Positions 11,813-20,636 of a stretch of DNA of 64,000 nt are shown here, piece by piece. The translations under genes were made by a program, and so were the position numbers. Source of the DNA: Spirochaetia bacterium (lineage in GTDB: Bacteria > Spirochaetota > Spirochaetia > SZUA-6 > Bin103); NCBI GenBank assembly GCA_965199955.1, contig CBDATQ010000001.1, positions 672,001-736,000 on the forward strand, in the 5' to 3' direction. The notes beneath the pieces are model-generated. The model saw nothing but the letters and a program-made list of their open reading frames with translations, made no database searches and was not told where the DNA came from. The first letter of the stretch is position 1. Each line of letters opens with the position of its first letter.

Positions 11813-14800
11813 GTGGACGAGCACCTGTCGCGGCTCGGTGAACGGTACCTGAACACGTTCACCGAGCCCGAGCTCGTCCGGCATGCGCGCGCGGCCCACC
11901 GCCTTGGGCCCCAGATGCCGGCTAACGTCTCGGTGGAAGCGACAGCGTTCGAGCGGTTTGTCTGCACGGTGGTCGCCTTCGACTACCGGGACGAGTTCTC
12001 GCTGATCACCGGCGTGCTCGGCTCCCTGGGCCTGAACATCGAGCAGGGCCACGCCTTTACCTACGCACGGGACCCGCGGTCAAACGCCTCGGAGCAGGGC
12101 GCGGTGTCCCGCAGGACGCGCCGGCGGCGCCGCGTCGATCCGCGCCGCGCACCGCTGGGGTTCTCTGCCGAGCCCGTCGAAGCCCGAGGTGCGCTGCGGG
12201 CACGGATGGTCGATCGCTTCATAGGCCACGTGCCGCCGGCCCGCGCCGCGCGTTTCGCGGAGCAGGCGGCCGCGGAACTGCGATCCGTCCTGGCAGTGCT
12301 GGAGCGGGACGGGCGCGACGCCGCCAAGCAGCATGTGGATGAGTTGGTGGCCCGGGCGGTAGCCGCAGACGTTCAGCAGGAACCGGTCCTCTACCCGGTC
12401 GAAGTGCATGCGGAGGTGCTGCCCGACGGCACGGACGGCCAGTCGGGACGCGCCCGCCTGGCGATCGCCTCTCAGGACACACCGTTCTTCCTCTATTCCT
12501 TCGCCACCGCGCTGTCCACGCTGGGAGTGGTCATCGACCAGGTGGTGATCACCACCGAGGCCGGGCGCATCGCGGACGAGTTCGTGGTGTCGGCCGCCGC
12601 CGGCACCACGCTGGCGGCGGCGGAGGACCTGGCGCGCATCGAGCTGGCGGCGCTGCTGACCAAGCAGTTCACGCACTTCCTGGGCAGCGCCCCGGACCCG
12701 TTCGCGGCCCTGGGCCGCTTCGGCCAACTGGCCGGCGAGTTGCTGCAGCGCCCTTCGCGGATCGGGTGGGCGGAGTTGCTGAGCGACTCCGCGGTGCTCC
12801 GCGGCCTGGCGCGCCTGCTCGGCGCCAGCGACTACCTGTGGGAGGACTTCGTCCGGCTGCAGTACGAAACGCTGTTGCCGCGGCTGCGCGATACCGGCGC
12901 CACCGGCTACTCCGAACCGGCCGGGACCTGCGCGGCGCGGCTCGCCGAGGCGGTGGCGCGGGCACCGGAGGACCGTGCCACCAGAAAGAGCGCGCTCAAC
13001 GACTTCAAGGACCGGGAAGTGTTCCTCCTCGATCTCGATCACCTCCTCACCGACGGATTCGGGTTCCGGGAGCTGAGCGAACGGCTCACCGAACTGGCCG
13101 AAGCAGTGGTGGCCGCGGCCGTCGCGATGGCGTTCGGCGAGTTGCGCGCGCGGCACGGTACGCCGTGCACGTTCGCGGGTCTGGAATCGCGCTGCGCGGT
13201 GCTTGCGCTCGGCAAGTTCGGAGGCCGGGCGCTGGGATATGCCTCCGATATCGAACTGCTGTTCGTGTACGGCGATCAGGGGAGCACGACCGGTCCCGAA
13301 CCGCTGCCGAACCGGGAGTTCTACCAGCGGCTGGTGCGCGAAACCGAGGAGGTCATCGCGGCCAAGCGCGAAGGGATCTTCGACGTGGACACGCGCCTGC
13401 GACCCTACGGCGAATCCGGGCCGCTCGCGTGCAGCCTGGAGACGTTCGCGTCCTACTACGACGCCGACGGAGCGGCGCTGTCGTACGAGCGCCTGGCGCT
13501 GGTCAGGCTGCGCGCGGTGGCCGGCGACGCCGCGCTGGGGTCGCGGGTCGAGCGGCTGCGGGACAGCATGCTCTACACGCGCGGGTCGCTCGACATGGCA
13601 TCGCTTGCCGACCTGCGCGCGCGGCAGGTGCGCGAGAAGTGCCCGGGCGGCGTGGCCAACGCCAAGTTCAGCCCCGGGGCCCTCGTGGATGTCGAGTACA
13701 CGGTGCAGATCCTGCAGGTCGTGCATGGCTCGGCTACTCCCGCCCTGCGGACGCCGAGCGTGCACGCCGCGCTGGATGAGCTGCGCAGGCTGGAGGTGAT
13801 CGAACCGGCGGACGCGCAGGCGCTGGCTGCCGCCTACGACTTCCTGCGGCGCCTGATCAACGGACTGCGCATGCTGCGCGGCTCGGCGCGGGATCTGCTG
13901 CTGCCCGCCACCGACAGCGCCGAGTACGCGCACCTGGCGCGGCGCATCGGCTACGGGGGCCGGGGCGGTCTGGGCGAGGCGGCGCAGCTCCGTGCCGACT
14001 TCGAGGTGCACACGGCGGCGGTCCGGGCGTTCGTGGACCGCCGGTTCGGTCACGAGTCCGTCCCCTGGGGCGCCGATGCGGTCGGGCCGGCGGATCTGGT
14101 GATCGCGGTGGGCTCGGACCGGGTGCCGACGGATGCGGAGCTGGCGTTCCTGCGCCGGGCCGGTTTCCGCGACTCGGGACGGGCGATGCGCAACATCGTC
14201 GGCATCGCCCATCGGTCGGGGGTGGGTCAGGCGGAGGTGGCCGGGCGCGGCGACGGCGAGCAGCGCCGCACCCTGGCGCGCCTGATGGTACTGGCGCTCG
14301 ACGACCTTGCGCGCAGCGCCGATCCGGATATGGCGCTCAACAACTGGGAGCGTTTCGTGGCCGTGCAGCCGGACCCGCCGGCGCACCTGGCGGGGATGCT
14401 GGAACAGCCGGTGCGGCTGGGGCTGCTGCTGTCGATGTTCGCGACCAGCCAGTTCCTGGTCGACTCCCTGGTGCGGAACCCGGAGTTCCTCGACTGGATC
14501 GCCGACGAGCGGCGCCTGCACGGGCCCCGTTCGCTGCAGGCGATGCTGGGCGACCTGCGCGCGCTGTCGTCACAGGCCGCCGACCACGAGCGCTGGCTGC
14601 GCTCCATCCGGCTGTTCCGCCGCCGGGAGATGCTGCGCATCGCTGCCCGCGACTTCTACCTGGGCGCCCCGATCGCGGTGACGACCGCGGAGCTGGCGAC
14701 GGTCGCCGACGCGGTGGTGACCGTGGCACTGGAGCGCGTCGGTGCCGACCTGCATGGGGAGCTGGGCGACGGCGTGGCGATCCTGGCGTTCGGCAAGCTG

Positions 14801-15628
14801 GGAGGACGCGAGCTCAACTACAGCTCGGACATCGACCTGGCGACCGTGTACGACGCGCGCAAGGCCGGCCTGCGGGAGCGCGCCGCCGGGCTCACGACCC
14901 GGCTGCGGCAGGATCTGAGCGCGCACACCGGCGATCAGCACGCCTACCGGGTGGACCTGCGGCTGCGGCCGTACGGCGGGTCGGGGGAACTGGTCACCGG
15001 CTCGACGGCGTTCGTCGACTACTACGAACGCCGCGCCGGACTGTGGGAGGTCCAGGCGCTGCTGCGCTGTCGCGCCATCGCCGGCGACGTCGCGTTCGGG
15101 GAACGGCTGCTCAGGCGCCTGCAGCCGGTCATCCGGCGCGGCTTCGACCACGCCGAGGTGTCGGCCACGGTCGCGCGGATGCGCGACGCGCACACGGCTG
15201 CCTCGGCGGTGGCGGCGGCGGGGCCGGGCCGCCTGCGGCGCGGGATAGACGTCAAGAACGGCCGCGGGGGCATCCGGGACGTCGAGTTCCTGGTGCAGGG
15301 GCTGCAGCTCACCAACGCCCGTGAGCATCCGGGCGTGCTGACCGGCCATACGCCCAGCGGTATCGAGCGGCTGGCGGAGGCCGGTCTGCTGGCCGACGAC
15401 CGGGCGAGGGAGCTTGCCGGCGACTACGCGCTTCTGCGCCGCACCGAACACCTGCTGCAGGTGCTGGACGATCGCCAGGTGCACGCCATCCCCGCCGACG
15501 GACCCGCGTTGATCGCGCTGGCCCGGCGCCTTCTTGGCGCGGAGGCGACCGAGCGGACACTCGCCGAGACGCTCGCCGCCGCGAGCGAGCGCGTGCACGC
15601 CGCGTACCGCCACTGGCTGTCGTCCTGA
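11813..15628 (+). CDS. glnE: Glutamine synthetase adenylyltransferase/adenylyl-removing enzyme with N-terminal tandem ACT domains
   Basis: Two nucleotidyltransferase motifs, LGKFGGRALGYASDIE and FGKLGGRELNYSSDIDL, each followed by VDxRLRP; directly downstream of glnA. True start uncertain. Confidence 0.9.
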   Translation: MDEHLSRLGERYLNTFTEPELVRHARAAHRLGPQMPANVSVEATAFERFVCTVVAFDYRDEFSLITGVLGSLGLNIEQGHAFTYARDPRSNASEQGAVSRRTRRRRRVDPRRAPLGFSAEPVEARGALRARMVDRFIGHVPPARAARFAEQAAAELRSVLAVLERDGRDAAKQHVDELVARAVAADVQQEPVLYPVEVHAEVLPDGTDGQSGRARLAIASQDTPFFLYSFATALSTLGVVIDQVVITTEAGRIADEFVVSAAAGTTLAAAEDLARIELAALLTKQFTHFLGSAPDPFAALGRFGQLAGELLQRPSRIGWAELLSDSAVLRGLARLLGASDYLWEDFVRLQYETLLPRLRDTGATGYSEPAGTCAARLAEAVARAPEDRATRKSALNDFKDREVFLLDLDHLLTDGFGFRELSERLTELAEAVVAAAVAMAFGELRARHGTPCTFAGLESRCAVLALGKFGGRALGYASDIELLFVYGDQGSTTGPEPLPNREFYQRLVRETEEVIAAKREGIFDVDTRLRPYGESGPLACSLETFASYYDADGAALSYERLALVRLRAVAGDAALGSRVERLRDSMLYTRGSLDMASLADLRARQVREKCPGGVANAKFSPGALVDVEYTVQILQVVHGSATPALRTPSVHAALDELRRLEVIEPADAQALAAAYDFLRRLINGLRMLRGSARDLLLPATDSAEYAHLARRIGYGGRGGLGEAAQLRADFEVHTAAVRAFVDRRFGHESVPWGADAVGPADLVIAVGSDRVPTDAELAFLRRAGFRDSGRAMRNIVGIAHRSGVGQAEVAGRGDGEQRRTLARLMVLALDDLARSADPDMALNNWERFVAVQPDPPAHLAGMLEQPVRLGLLLSMFATSQFLVDSLVRNPEFLDWIADERRLHGPRSLQAMLGDLRALSSQAADHERWLRSIRLFRRREMLRIAARDFYLGAPIAVTTAELATVADAVVTVALERVGADLHGELGDGVAILAFGKLGGRELNYSSDIDLATVYDARKAGLRERAAGLTTRLRQDLSAHTGDQHAYRVDLRLRPYGGSGELVTGSTAFVDYYERRAGLWEVQALLRCRAIAGDVAFGERLLRRLQPVIRRGFDHAEVSATVARMRDAHTAASAVAAAGPGRLRRGIDVKNGRGGIRDVEFLVQGLQLTNAREHPGVLTGHTPSGIERLAEAGLLADDRARELAGDYALLRRTEHLLQVLDDRQVHAIPADGPALIALARRLLGAEATERTLAETLAAASERVHAAYRHWLSS

Positions 15629-15634
15629 CACAAG

Positions 15635-15666
15635 GAGAGGGTCCCGGCAGCAACCGGGACCCTCTC
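15635..15666. terminator. Hairpin between convergent glnE and the PII gene
   Basis: 13-bp perfect stem GAGAGGGTCCCGG / CCGGGACCCTCTC with a 6-nt loop. Confidence 0.75.
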
Positions 15667-15686
15667 TCGCGCTGACGGACGCGTGG

Positions 15687-16028
15687 CTACCCGATGGCCG
15701 CCTCGCCGCGCTCGCCGGAGCGGATGCGAATGCACTCCGGCAGGTCCAATATGAATATCTTGCCGTCCCCGATCGAGTCGGTTCGGGCGCCGCGGATGAT
15801 GGCGTCGGTGGTGCGGTCGACGAAGCCCTCGTTGACCGCGACCTCCAGGCGCACCTTCTTGAGCAGGTTCACCTCGGTCTCGACGCCGCGATAGGTCTCC
15901 GTGTAGCCGCGCTGCTGGCCGCAGCCGAGCGCGTTGGTCACCGACATCTTGAAGACCTCTTCCTTGTAGAGCTCCTGCTTCACGTCGCCAAGCTTGTGGG
16001 GCTGTATGTACGCAATGATCAGTTTCAC
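15687..16028 (-). CDS. glnK: PII nitrogen regulatory protein (GlnK-type by linkage to amtB)
   Basis: 113 aa; T-loop [15 protein letters not shown]-loop IGDGKIF, C-terminal RIRSGERG; follows amtB. Confidence 0.93.
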   Translation of the reverse strand: MKLIIAYIQPHKLGDVKQELYKEEVFKMSVTNALGCGQQRGYTETYRGVETEVNLLKKVRLEVAVNEGFVDRTTDAIIRGARTDSIGDGKIFILDLPECIRIRSGERGEAAIG

Positions 16029-16038
16029 GGTTCGCCTC

Positions 16039-17385
16039 CTATTGCGATGAGAAGATCTGGAAGCCCGAGTACGCCTCGGCCCCGTGCTCGTCGATGTCCA
16101 GGCCGCGCAGCTCCTCGTCGCGGCTGACGCGCAATCCCATGACCGCCTTGATGACCACGAAGAGCACGAAGCCGGCCGCCATGGTCCAGGCGAACACTGC
16201 CACGACGCCCACGAACTGTACGCCGAGCTGGGCCAGGCCGCCGCCGAAGAACAATCCCGAGACGCCGCCGATGGCCTCGTTCGCGAACAGGCCGACCGCC
16301 AGGGTGCCCCAGGCGCCGCACACGCCGTGCGCGGACACGGCGCCGATCGGATCGTCGATCTTGCACACCTTGTCCAGCAGCTCGACCGACAGCACGACCA
16401 GCACGCCGCCGAGCAGCCCGATCAGGACGGCCATGGCCGGCGCCACGAACGCGCAGCCGGCGGTGATCGACACCAGTCCGGCGATGGCGCCGTTGAGCGC
16501 GAAGGTGGGGTCGGGTTTGCGGAACCAGATCCAGGCGGTGAACAGCGCGCCCACCGCGCCGGCGGCGGCTGCCACGCTGGTGTTGAGCGCGATCAGGGCG
16601 ATGCTCAGGTCGGTGCCGGCCACCGTGCTGCCGGCGTTGAAGCCGAACCATCCGAACCAGAGGATGAAGACCCCCAGCGACGCGAGCGGCAGGCTGTGGC
16701 CGGGGATGGCGCGTGCGGTCAGGCCGGAGCCGTTCTGCACGTACTTGCCGACGCGGGGTCCGATGACCATGGCGCCCACCAGGCCCAGCCAGCCGCCGGT
16801 GGAGTGGACGACGGTGGAGCCGGCGAAGTCGGCGAAGCCGGGACCGATGTCGTTCAGCCAGCCGCCGCCCCAGGTCCAGTGGCCGACGATCGGATAGATC
16901 AGCGCGGTCACGAACACGCTGTAGACCATGTAGGCGGGAAAGCGGGTCCGTTCGGCCATGGAGCCGGAGACGATCGTCGCCGCGGTTGCGGCGAACATCG
17001 CCTGAAACAGCCAGAAGGCGAAGTCGGAAGCATTGCCGGTCCCGGCAGAGGTGAAGTTGGCCAGGAAGAAGTCGCTGCCGCCGAACAGACCGGCCTGGCT
17101 GGCCCCGAACATGAGGGCGTAGCCGATGGCCCAGAACGACAGCATGCCGATGGAGAAATCCATGAGGTTCTTCATCAGGATGTTGGCCGCGTTCTTGGCC
17201 CGGGTGAGGCCCGTTTCGAGCATCGCGAAGCCGGCCTGCATCAGGAAGACCAGGACGGCCGCGAGCAGCGTCCATACCGTGTCGATCGCCAGGGCATTGG
17301 AGTCGGCGTCCGCGAACGCGGCGAGCGCGACCCCCAGGCCCACGAGCACCAGGACACAGCGCTTGGGTGGGTGCGGTAGTTTCAT
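16039..17385 (-). CDS. amtB: Ammonium transporter
   Basis: [47 protein letters not shown] (both conserved His present). Confidence 0.96.
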   Translation of the reverse strand: MKLPHPPKRCVLVLVGLGVALAAFADADSNALAIDTVWTLLAAVLVFLMQAGFAMLETGLTRAKNAANILMKNLMDFSIGMLSFWAIGYALMFGASQAGLFGGSDFFLANFTSAGTGNASDFAFWLFQAMFAATAATIVSGSMAERTRFPAYMVYSVFVTALIYPIVGHWTWGGGWLNDIGPGFADFAGSTVVHSTGGWLGLVGAMVIGPRVGKYVQNGSGLTARAIPGHSLPLASLGVFILWFGWFGFNAGSTVAGTDLSIALIALNTSVAAAAGAVGALFTAWIWFRKPDPTFALNGAIAGLVSITAGCAFVAPAMAVLIGLLGGVLVVLSVELLDKVCKIDDPIGAVSAHGVCGAWGTLAVGLFANEAIGGVSGLFFGGGLAQLGVQFVGVVAVFAWTMAAGFVLFVVIKAVMGLRVSRDEELRGLDIDEHGAEAYSGFQIFSSQ

Positions 17386-17396
17386 GCGCCAAATAA

Positions 17397-17412
17397 AGCA
17401 AAAGGCGTGCCA
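17397..17412 (-). promoter_or_regulatory. sigma54 -24/-12 promoter of amtB-glnK
   Basis: Minus strand TGGCACGCCTTTTGCT, an exact match to TGGCACG-N4-TTGCW. Confidence 0.88.
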
Positions 17413-17441
17413 ATATCAGGAAACGAAGAAGGCCAGCCCAG

Positions 17442-17517
17442 TCCACGCCGGGGTAGGCCATTCGCTGTTGCTCTACCAAATGGTAGGACATATCGGCCGT
17501 TCTTACCGTGTCGTAGA
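17442..17517. promoter_or_regulatory. Three (C/T)CTAC-N6-GTAG(G)-type sites, putative enhancer of amtB
   Basis: TCCACGCCGGGGTAGG (17442), TCTACCAAATGGTAGG (17472), CTTACCGTGTCGTAGA (17502); exact 30-bp period. Confidence 0.7.
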
Positions 17518-17555
17518 AATCTCCGGCCGGCCGACGTGCAGGCTGCCGTTCGGAT

Positions 17556-19085
17556 TCAGGACCTGAACCGTTCGGGATCGATGCCGTACCTGCGGACCCG
17601 CAGTCCCATGATGCGCTCGGTGGTCCCGAGCCGGCGGCCGGCGGCCGACAGGTTGCCGCGCGCCCATTTCAGCGCCTCTTCGATCAACTCGCGCTCGACC
17701 CGCGCGATCATCGACTTCAGCGTCCCGCGCGGGCCGGTTCCGGTCGCGTCGGCGGTCTGCAGGCTCGGCGGCAGATGGTGCCCGTGAATGACCTGGTCGC
17801 TCGACAGCAGCGCGGCGCGCTCGATGCAGTTCTCCAGCTCGCGCACGTTGCCGGGCCAGTGGTAGCTCATCAGCATGTCGATCGCCGGCGTGGAGATGCG
17901 ACGCACCCCGTAGCGTTCGACGAAGTGGTCGGCGAGCTGCATGATGTCGCTCTTGCGCTCGCGCAGCGGCGGGATGTGAACGGGGAACACCGCCAGGCGG
18001 TAGTACAGGTCGGCGCGGAACACCTCCTGCTCGAGGAGCTCCTCCAGGTTGCGATTGGTAGCCGCGATCAGGCGCACGTCGCTGCGCAGGGTGGCGACCC
18101 CGCCGACGCGCTCGAACTCCCGCTCCTGCAGCACGCGCAGCAGCTTCACCTGCACGTGCGGCGCCAGGTCACCGATCTCGTCCAGGAAGATCGTGCCGCC
18201 GTGCGCGATCTCGAAGCGGCCCTTGCGCGAGGCGACGGCACCCGTGAACGCGCCCCGCTCGTGGCCGAACAGCTCGCTCTCGATCACGGAGTCGGGCAGC
18301 GCGGCGACGTTGACCTTCACGAACGGCCGCTCCGCGCGCGGGCTGTTGTAATGGATGGCATGGGCCACGAGATCCTTGCCGGTGCCGGTCTCTCCCCGCA
18401 GGAGGACGGTCGTCTCGCTGCCGGCGACCTGCTCGATGAGTCGGTAGACGGTCCGCATCGCTTCCGAGTTGCCGACGATGTTGGCCGGCCGGAACCGCGA
18501 CTTCAGCTCGCCGCGCAGGCGGTCGTTCTCGGCCGCCAGCCGCTGCCGCTGCTCTTCCGCGGTCTGGCGCAGCTTGACCGCCTGCGCGATCATCGACGCG
18601 ACGATCGACAGCAGCCTGACGATGTCTTCCGAAGCGTCGGGGTCCGCCAGGCGGCCGGTGGCCAGCGCGCCGACCACCTGATTGCCGAGCTTGATCGGTA
18701 CGCAAGTGAACGACTCCCCGGCCGCGGGGCCGGTGTCGATGGCGCCGGTACGATTGAGGAACAGCGGCTCGGCGGCCACGTCGGGGACATAGACCGGCTG
18801 CCCGTTCTGGATGACGCGGCCGATGATGCCCTCGCCGATCCGGTAGCGGCCGCGCTCGCGCTGCAGTTCGGAGAGGCCCAGCGCGGCCTCGATCGAGATC
18901 TCTCCGGTTTCGCGGTTGAGCAGTCCCAGCACGCCGATGCGGACGCCAAGCCGGCTGTGCAACACCTCCAGCACCGGACCGAGCACCTCGCGCAGATCCA
19001 GGCTTTCGTCGAGGATCCGGCTGATGTGGAACAGCAGGGTCAGCTCGCGGACGTCGCCGCGCACACCGTCCGGAGTTTCGGTCAT
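17556..19085 (-). CDS. GAF-AAA+-HTH sigma54-dependent activator (NifA/AnfA/VnfA-like architecture)
   Basis: N-terminal GAF (GEGIIGRV...PLFLNRT...CVPIK), GETGTGKD, GAFTGA, FLDEIG, WPGNVRELEN, C-terminal HTH; no receiver domain. Start ATG 19085 inferred. Confidence 0.92.
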   Translation of the reverse strand: MTETPDGVRGDVRELTLLFHISRILDESLDLREVLGPVLEVLHSRLGVRIGVLGLLNRETGEISIEAALGLSELQRERGRYRIGEGIIGRVIQNGQPVYVPDVAAEPLFLNRTGAIDTGPAAGESFTCVPIKLGNQVVGALATGRLADPDASEDIVRLLSIVASMIAQAVKLRQTAEEQRQRLAAENDRLRGELKSRFRPANIVGNSEAMRTVYRLIEQVAGSETTVLLRGETGTGKDLVAHAIHYNSPRAERPFVKVNVAALPDSVIESELFGHERGAFTGAVASRKGRFEIAHGGTIFLDEIGDLAPHVQVKLLRVLQEREFERVGGVATLRSDVRLIAATNRNLEELLEQEVFRADLYYRLAVFPVHIPPLRERKSDIMQLADHFVERYGVRRISTPAIDMLMSYHWPGNVRELENCIERAALLSSDQVIHGHHLPPSLQTADATGTGPRGTLKSMIARVERELIEEALKWARGNLSAAGRRLGTTERIMGLRVRRYGIDPERFRS

Positions 19086-19256
19086 CCTCACACACAGGGC
19101 ATGAGTCGGCAGAGTCCTGTCAAGCTCTCCTACCGGGATCTCATGGCAGCAAAGCGACGCCCGCCGCATATGCGGCGGGCGCCTGTCGATGTCGCCGTGG
19201 TCAGCGGCGACAAGGGTCCGGTGGTGATTGCCGCTTTGATGAAGCGCGGTGAATCG

Positions 19257-19285
19257 TTGACCGCGGAATGCCCCGGCCGTATCCT
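19257..19285 (+). promoter_or_regulatory. sigma70-type promoter, leaderless spacing
   Basis: TTGACC-N17-TATCCT, then 7 nt to GTG 19293. Confidence 0.7.
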
Positions 19286-19292
19286 CCGCTGC

Positions 19293-20636
19293 GTGTCCGA
19301 GACATCCGCCATCCATCCGCTTGCCGCAGAGCTCAACCGGGTTCTGGAGCCCACGGCGATAGGCCGCTCATTCTCCGCACTGGGCCATCGCCTGTACTTC
19401 CCCAAGGGGGTTGTCGCCCAGTCCGCGGAGGCGGCCGAGCACGCCGACCGCTTCAACGCGACGGTCGGGCTGGCGGCCAGCGGCGGCGAGCCCATGCACC
19501 TTCCGGCGATCGCCGATCGTCTTCCCGGCCTGACCGCCGAGGAGGCGTTCGCGTACGCGCCCACCGCGGGGATACCCGCGCTTCGGGACCGCTGGGCGGA
19601 AGAGCTGAGTACCAAGAACCCTTCGCTGAGATCGGCGGTGTCGCGGCCGGTCGTGACGGCGGGCCTTACGGCGGGGATCGGCCTGGCGTCCGACCTGTTC
19701 GTGGATGCCGATGATCCGGTGCTGCTGCCGGACCTGGTCTGGGGTAATTACCGATTGATCATGGGCGAGCGGCGCGGCGCCCGCGTGGAGGGTTACCCGT
19801 TCTTCGCCGGGGATCGCATGGACCTGGACGCCGTACAATTGACGCTCGCCCGACACCCGGAGGGGGCCAAGGTCGTGGCGATGTTCAACTTCCCTCACAA
19901 CCCGACCGGCTACTCACCGAGCCGGGCGGAAGCGGAACGCCTGACCGCGACCCTGGCCGCGGCGGCCGAGCGCGGCGTGCAGCTCGTGGTGCTGATCGAC
20001 GACGCCTATCACGGTCTGTTCTACGAAGAGGAGACGCTCAAGGAGTCACTGTTCGCCCGCCTCGCGGCCCTGCATCCGAACCTGCTGGCGATCAAGATCG
20101 ACGGACCGACCAAGGAAGAGTACGTCTGGGGCTTCCGGATCGGCTTCGTCACCGTCGGCGCCGCCGGCCTGGGCGACGAGCACTACCGGGCGTTCGAGCA
20201 GAAAGCGATGGCGGCCATCCGCTCCACGGTGTCCAGCGCCAACCGGATGGCGCAGCACCTGGTGCTGGCCGCCCTGGACCACCCCGAGCACGCAAGGCAG
20301 CGTGACGCCAACCAGGAAGAGTTGCGGCGCCGCTATCTGACCACGTTCCGCGAGGTCGGCAAGCGGTCGAGCGCGGCGATCCGGCCGCTGCCGTTCAACT
20401 CCGGCTACTTCATGTGCTTCCACTTGCCGGACGGGACCGCGGAGGACGTGCGGCGCTACCTCCTGCACGAGCGTGGCATCGGCACGATCTCGGTCGACGC
20501 CGAACACCTGCGGGTGGCGTTCGCGGGCGTCGATACCGACGACCTGCCGGAGCTCTATGCCGAGATCTACGCCGCTGCCGAACGGTGCGCGGTGCAGGCC
20601 GAACCGCCGGAAGGTGTCACGGCGGCGAGCCGTTGA
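19293..20636 (+). CDS. PLP-dependent aminotransferase class I/II
   Basis: NFPHNPTGYSP, LIDDAYHGLF, KIDGPTKEEYVWGFRIG. The ORF-track start at 17775 is a shadow extension. Confidence 0.88.
   Translation: MSETSAIHPLAAELNRVLEPTAIGRSFSALGHRLYFPKGVVAQSAEAAEHADRFNATVGLAASGGEPMHLPAIADRLPGLTAEEAFAYAPTAGIPALRDRWAEELSTKNPSLRSAVSRPVVTAGLTAGIGLASDLFVDADDPVLLPDLVWGNYRLIMGERRGARVEGYPFFAGDRMDLDAVQLTLARHPEGAKVVAMFNFPHNPTGYSPSRAEAERLTATLAAAAERGVQLVVLIDDAYHGLFYEEETLKESLFARLAALHPNLLAIKIDGPTKEEYVWGFRIGFVTVGAAGLGDEHYRAFEQKAMAAIRSTVSSANRMAQHLVLAALDHPEHARQRDANQEELRRRYLTTFREVGKRSSAAIRPLPFNSGYFMCFHLPDGTAEDVRRYLLHERGIGTISVDAEHLRVAFAGVDTDDLPELYAEIYAAAERCAVQAEPPEGVTAASR

Noticed and set aside
12080..14521. Long antisense or alternate-frame ORFs (also 58232-60922, 43042-45459, 54006-55835, 302-1120, 61634-63439)
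   Set aside because: They overlap well-supported genes and lack motifs; long shadow ORFs are expected at this GC content.
17556..19085. Naming the activator nifA and inferring nitrogen fixation
   Set aside because: No nitrogenase genes in the window, and the repeated upstream motif is not the NifA TGT-N10-ACA site.
17775..19292. 953-aa ORF as a large aminotransferase fusion
   Set aside because: The first 506 codons are mostly the antisense shadow of the sigma54 activator; a promoter and GTG at 19293 mark the real start.
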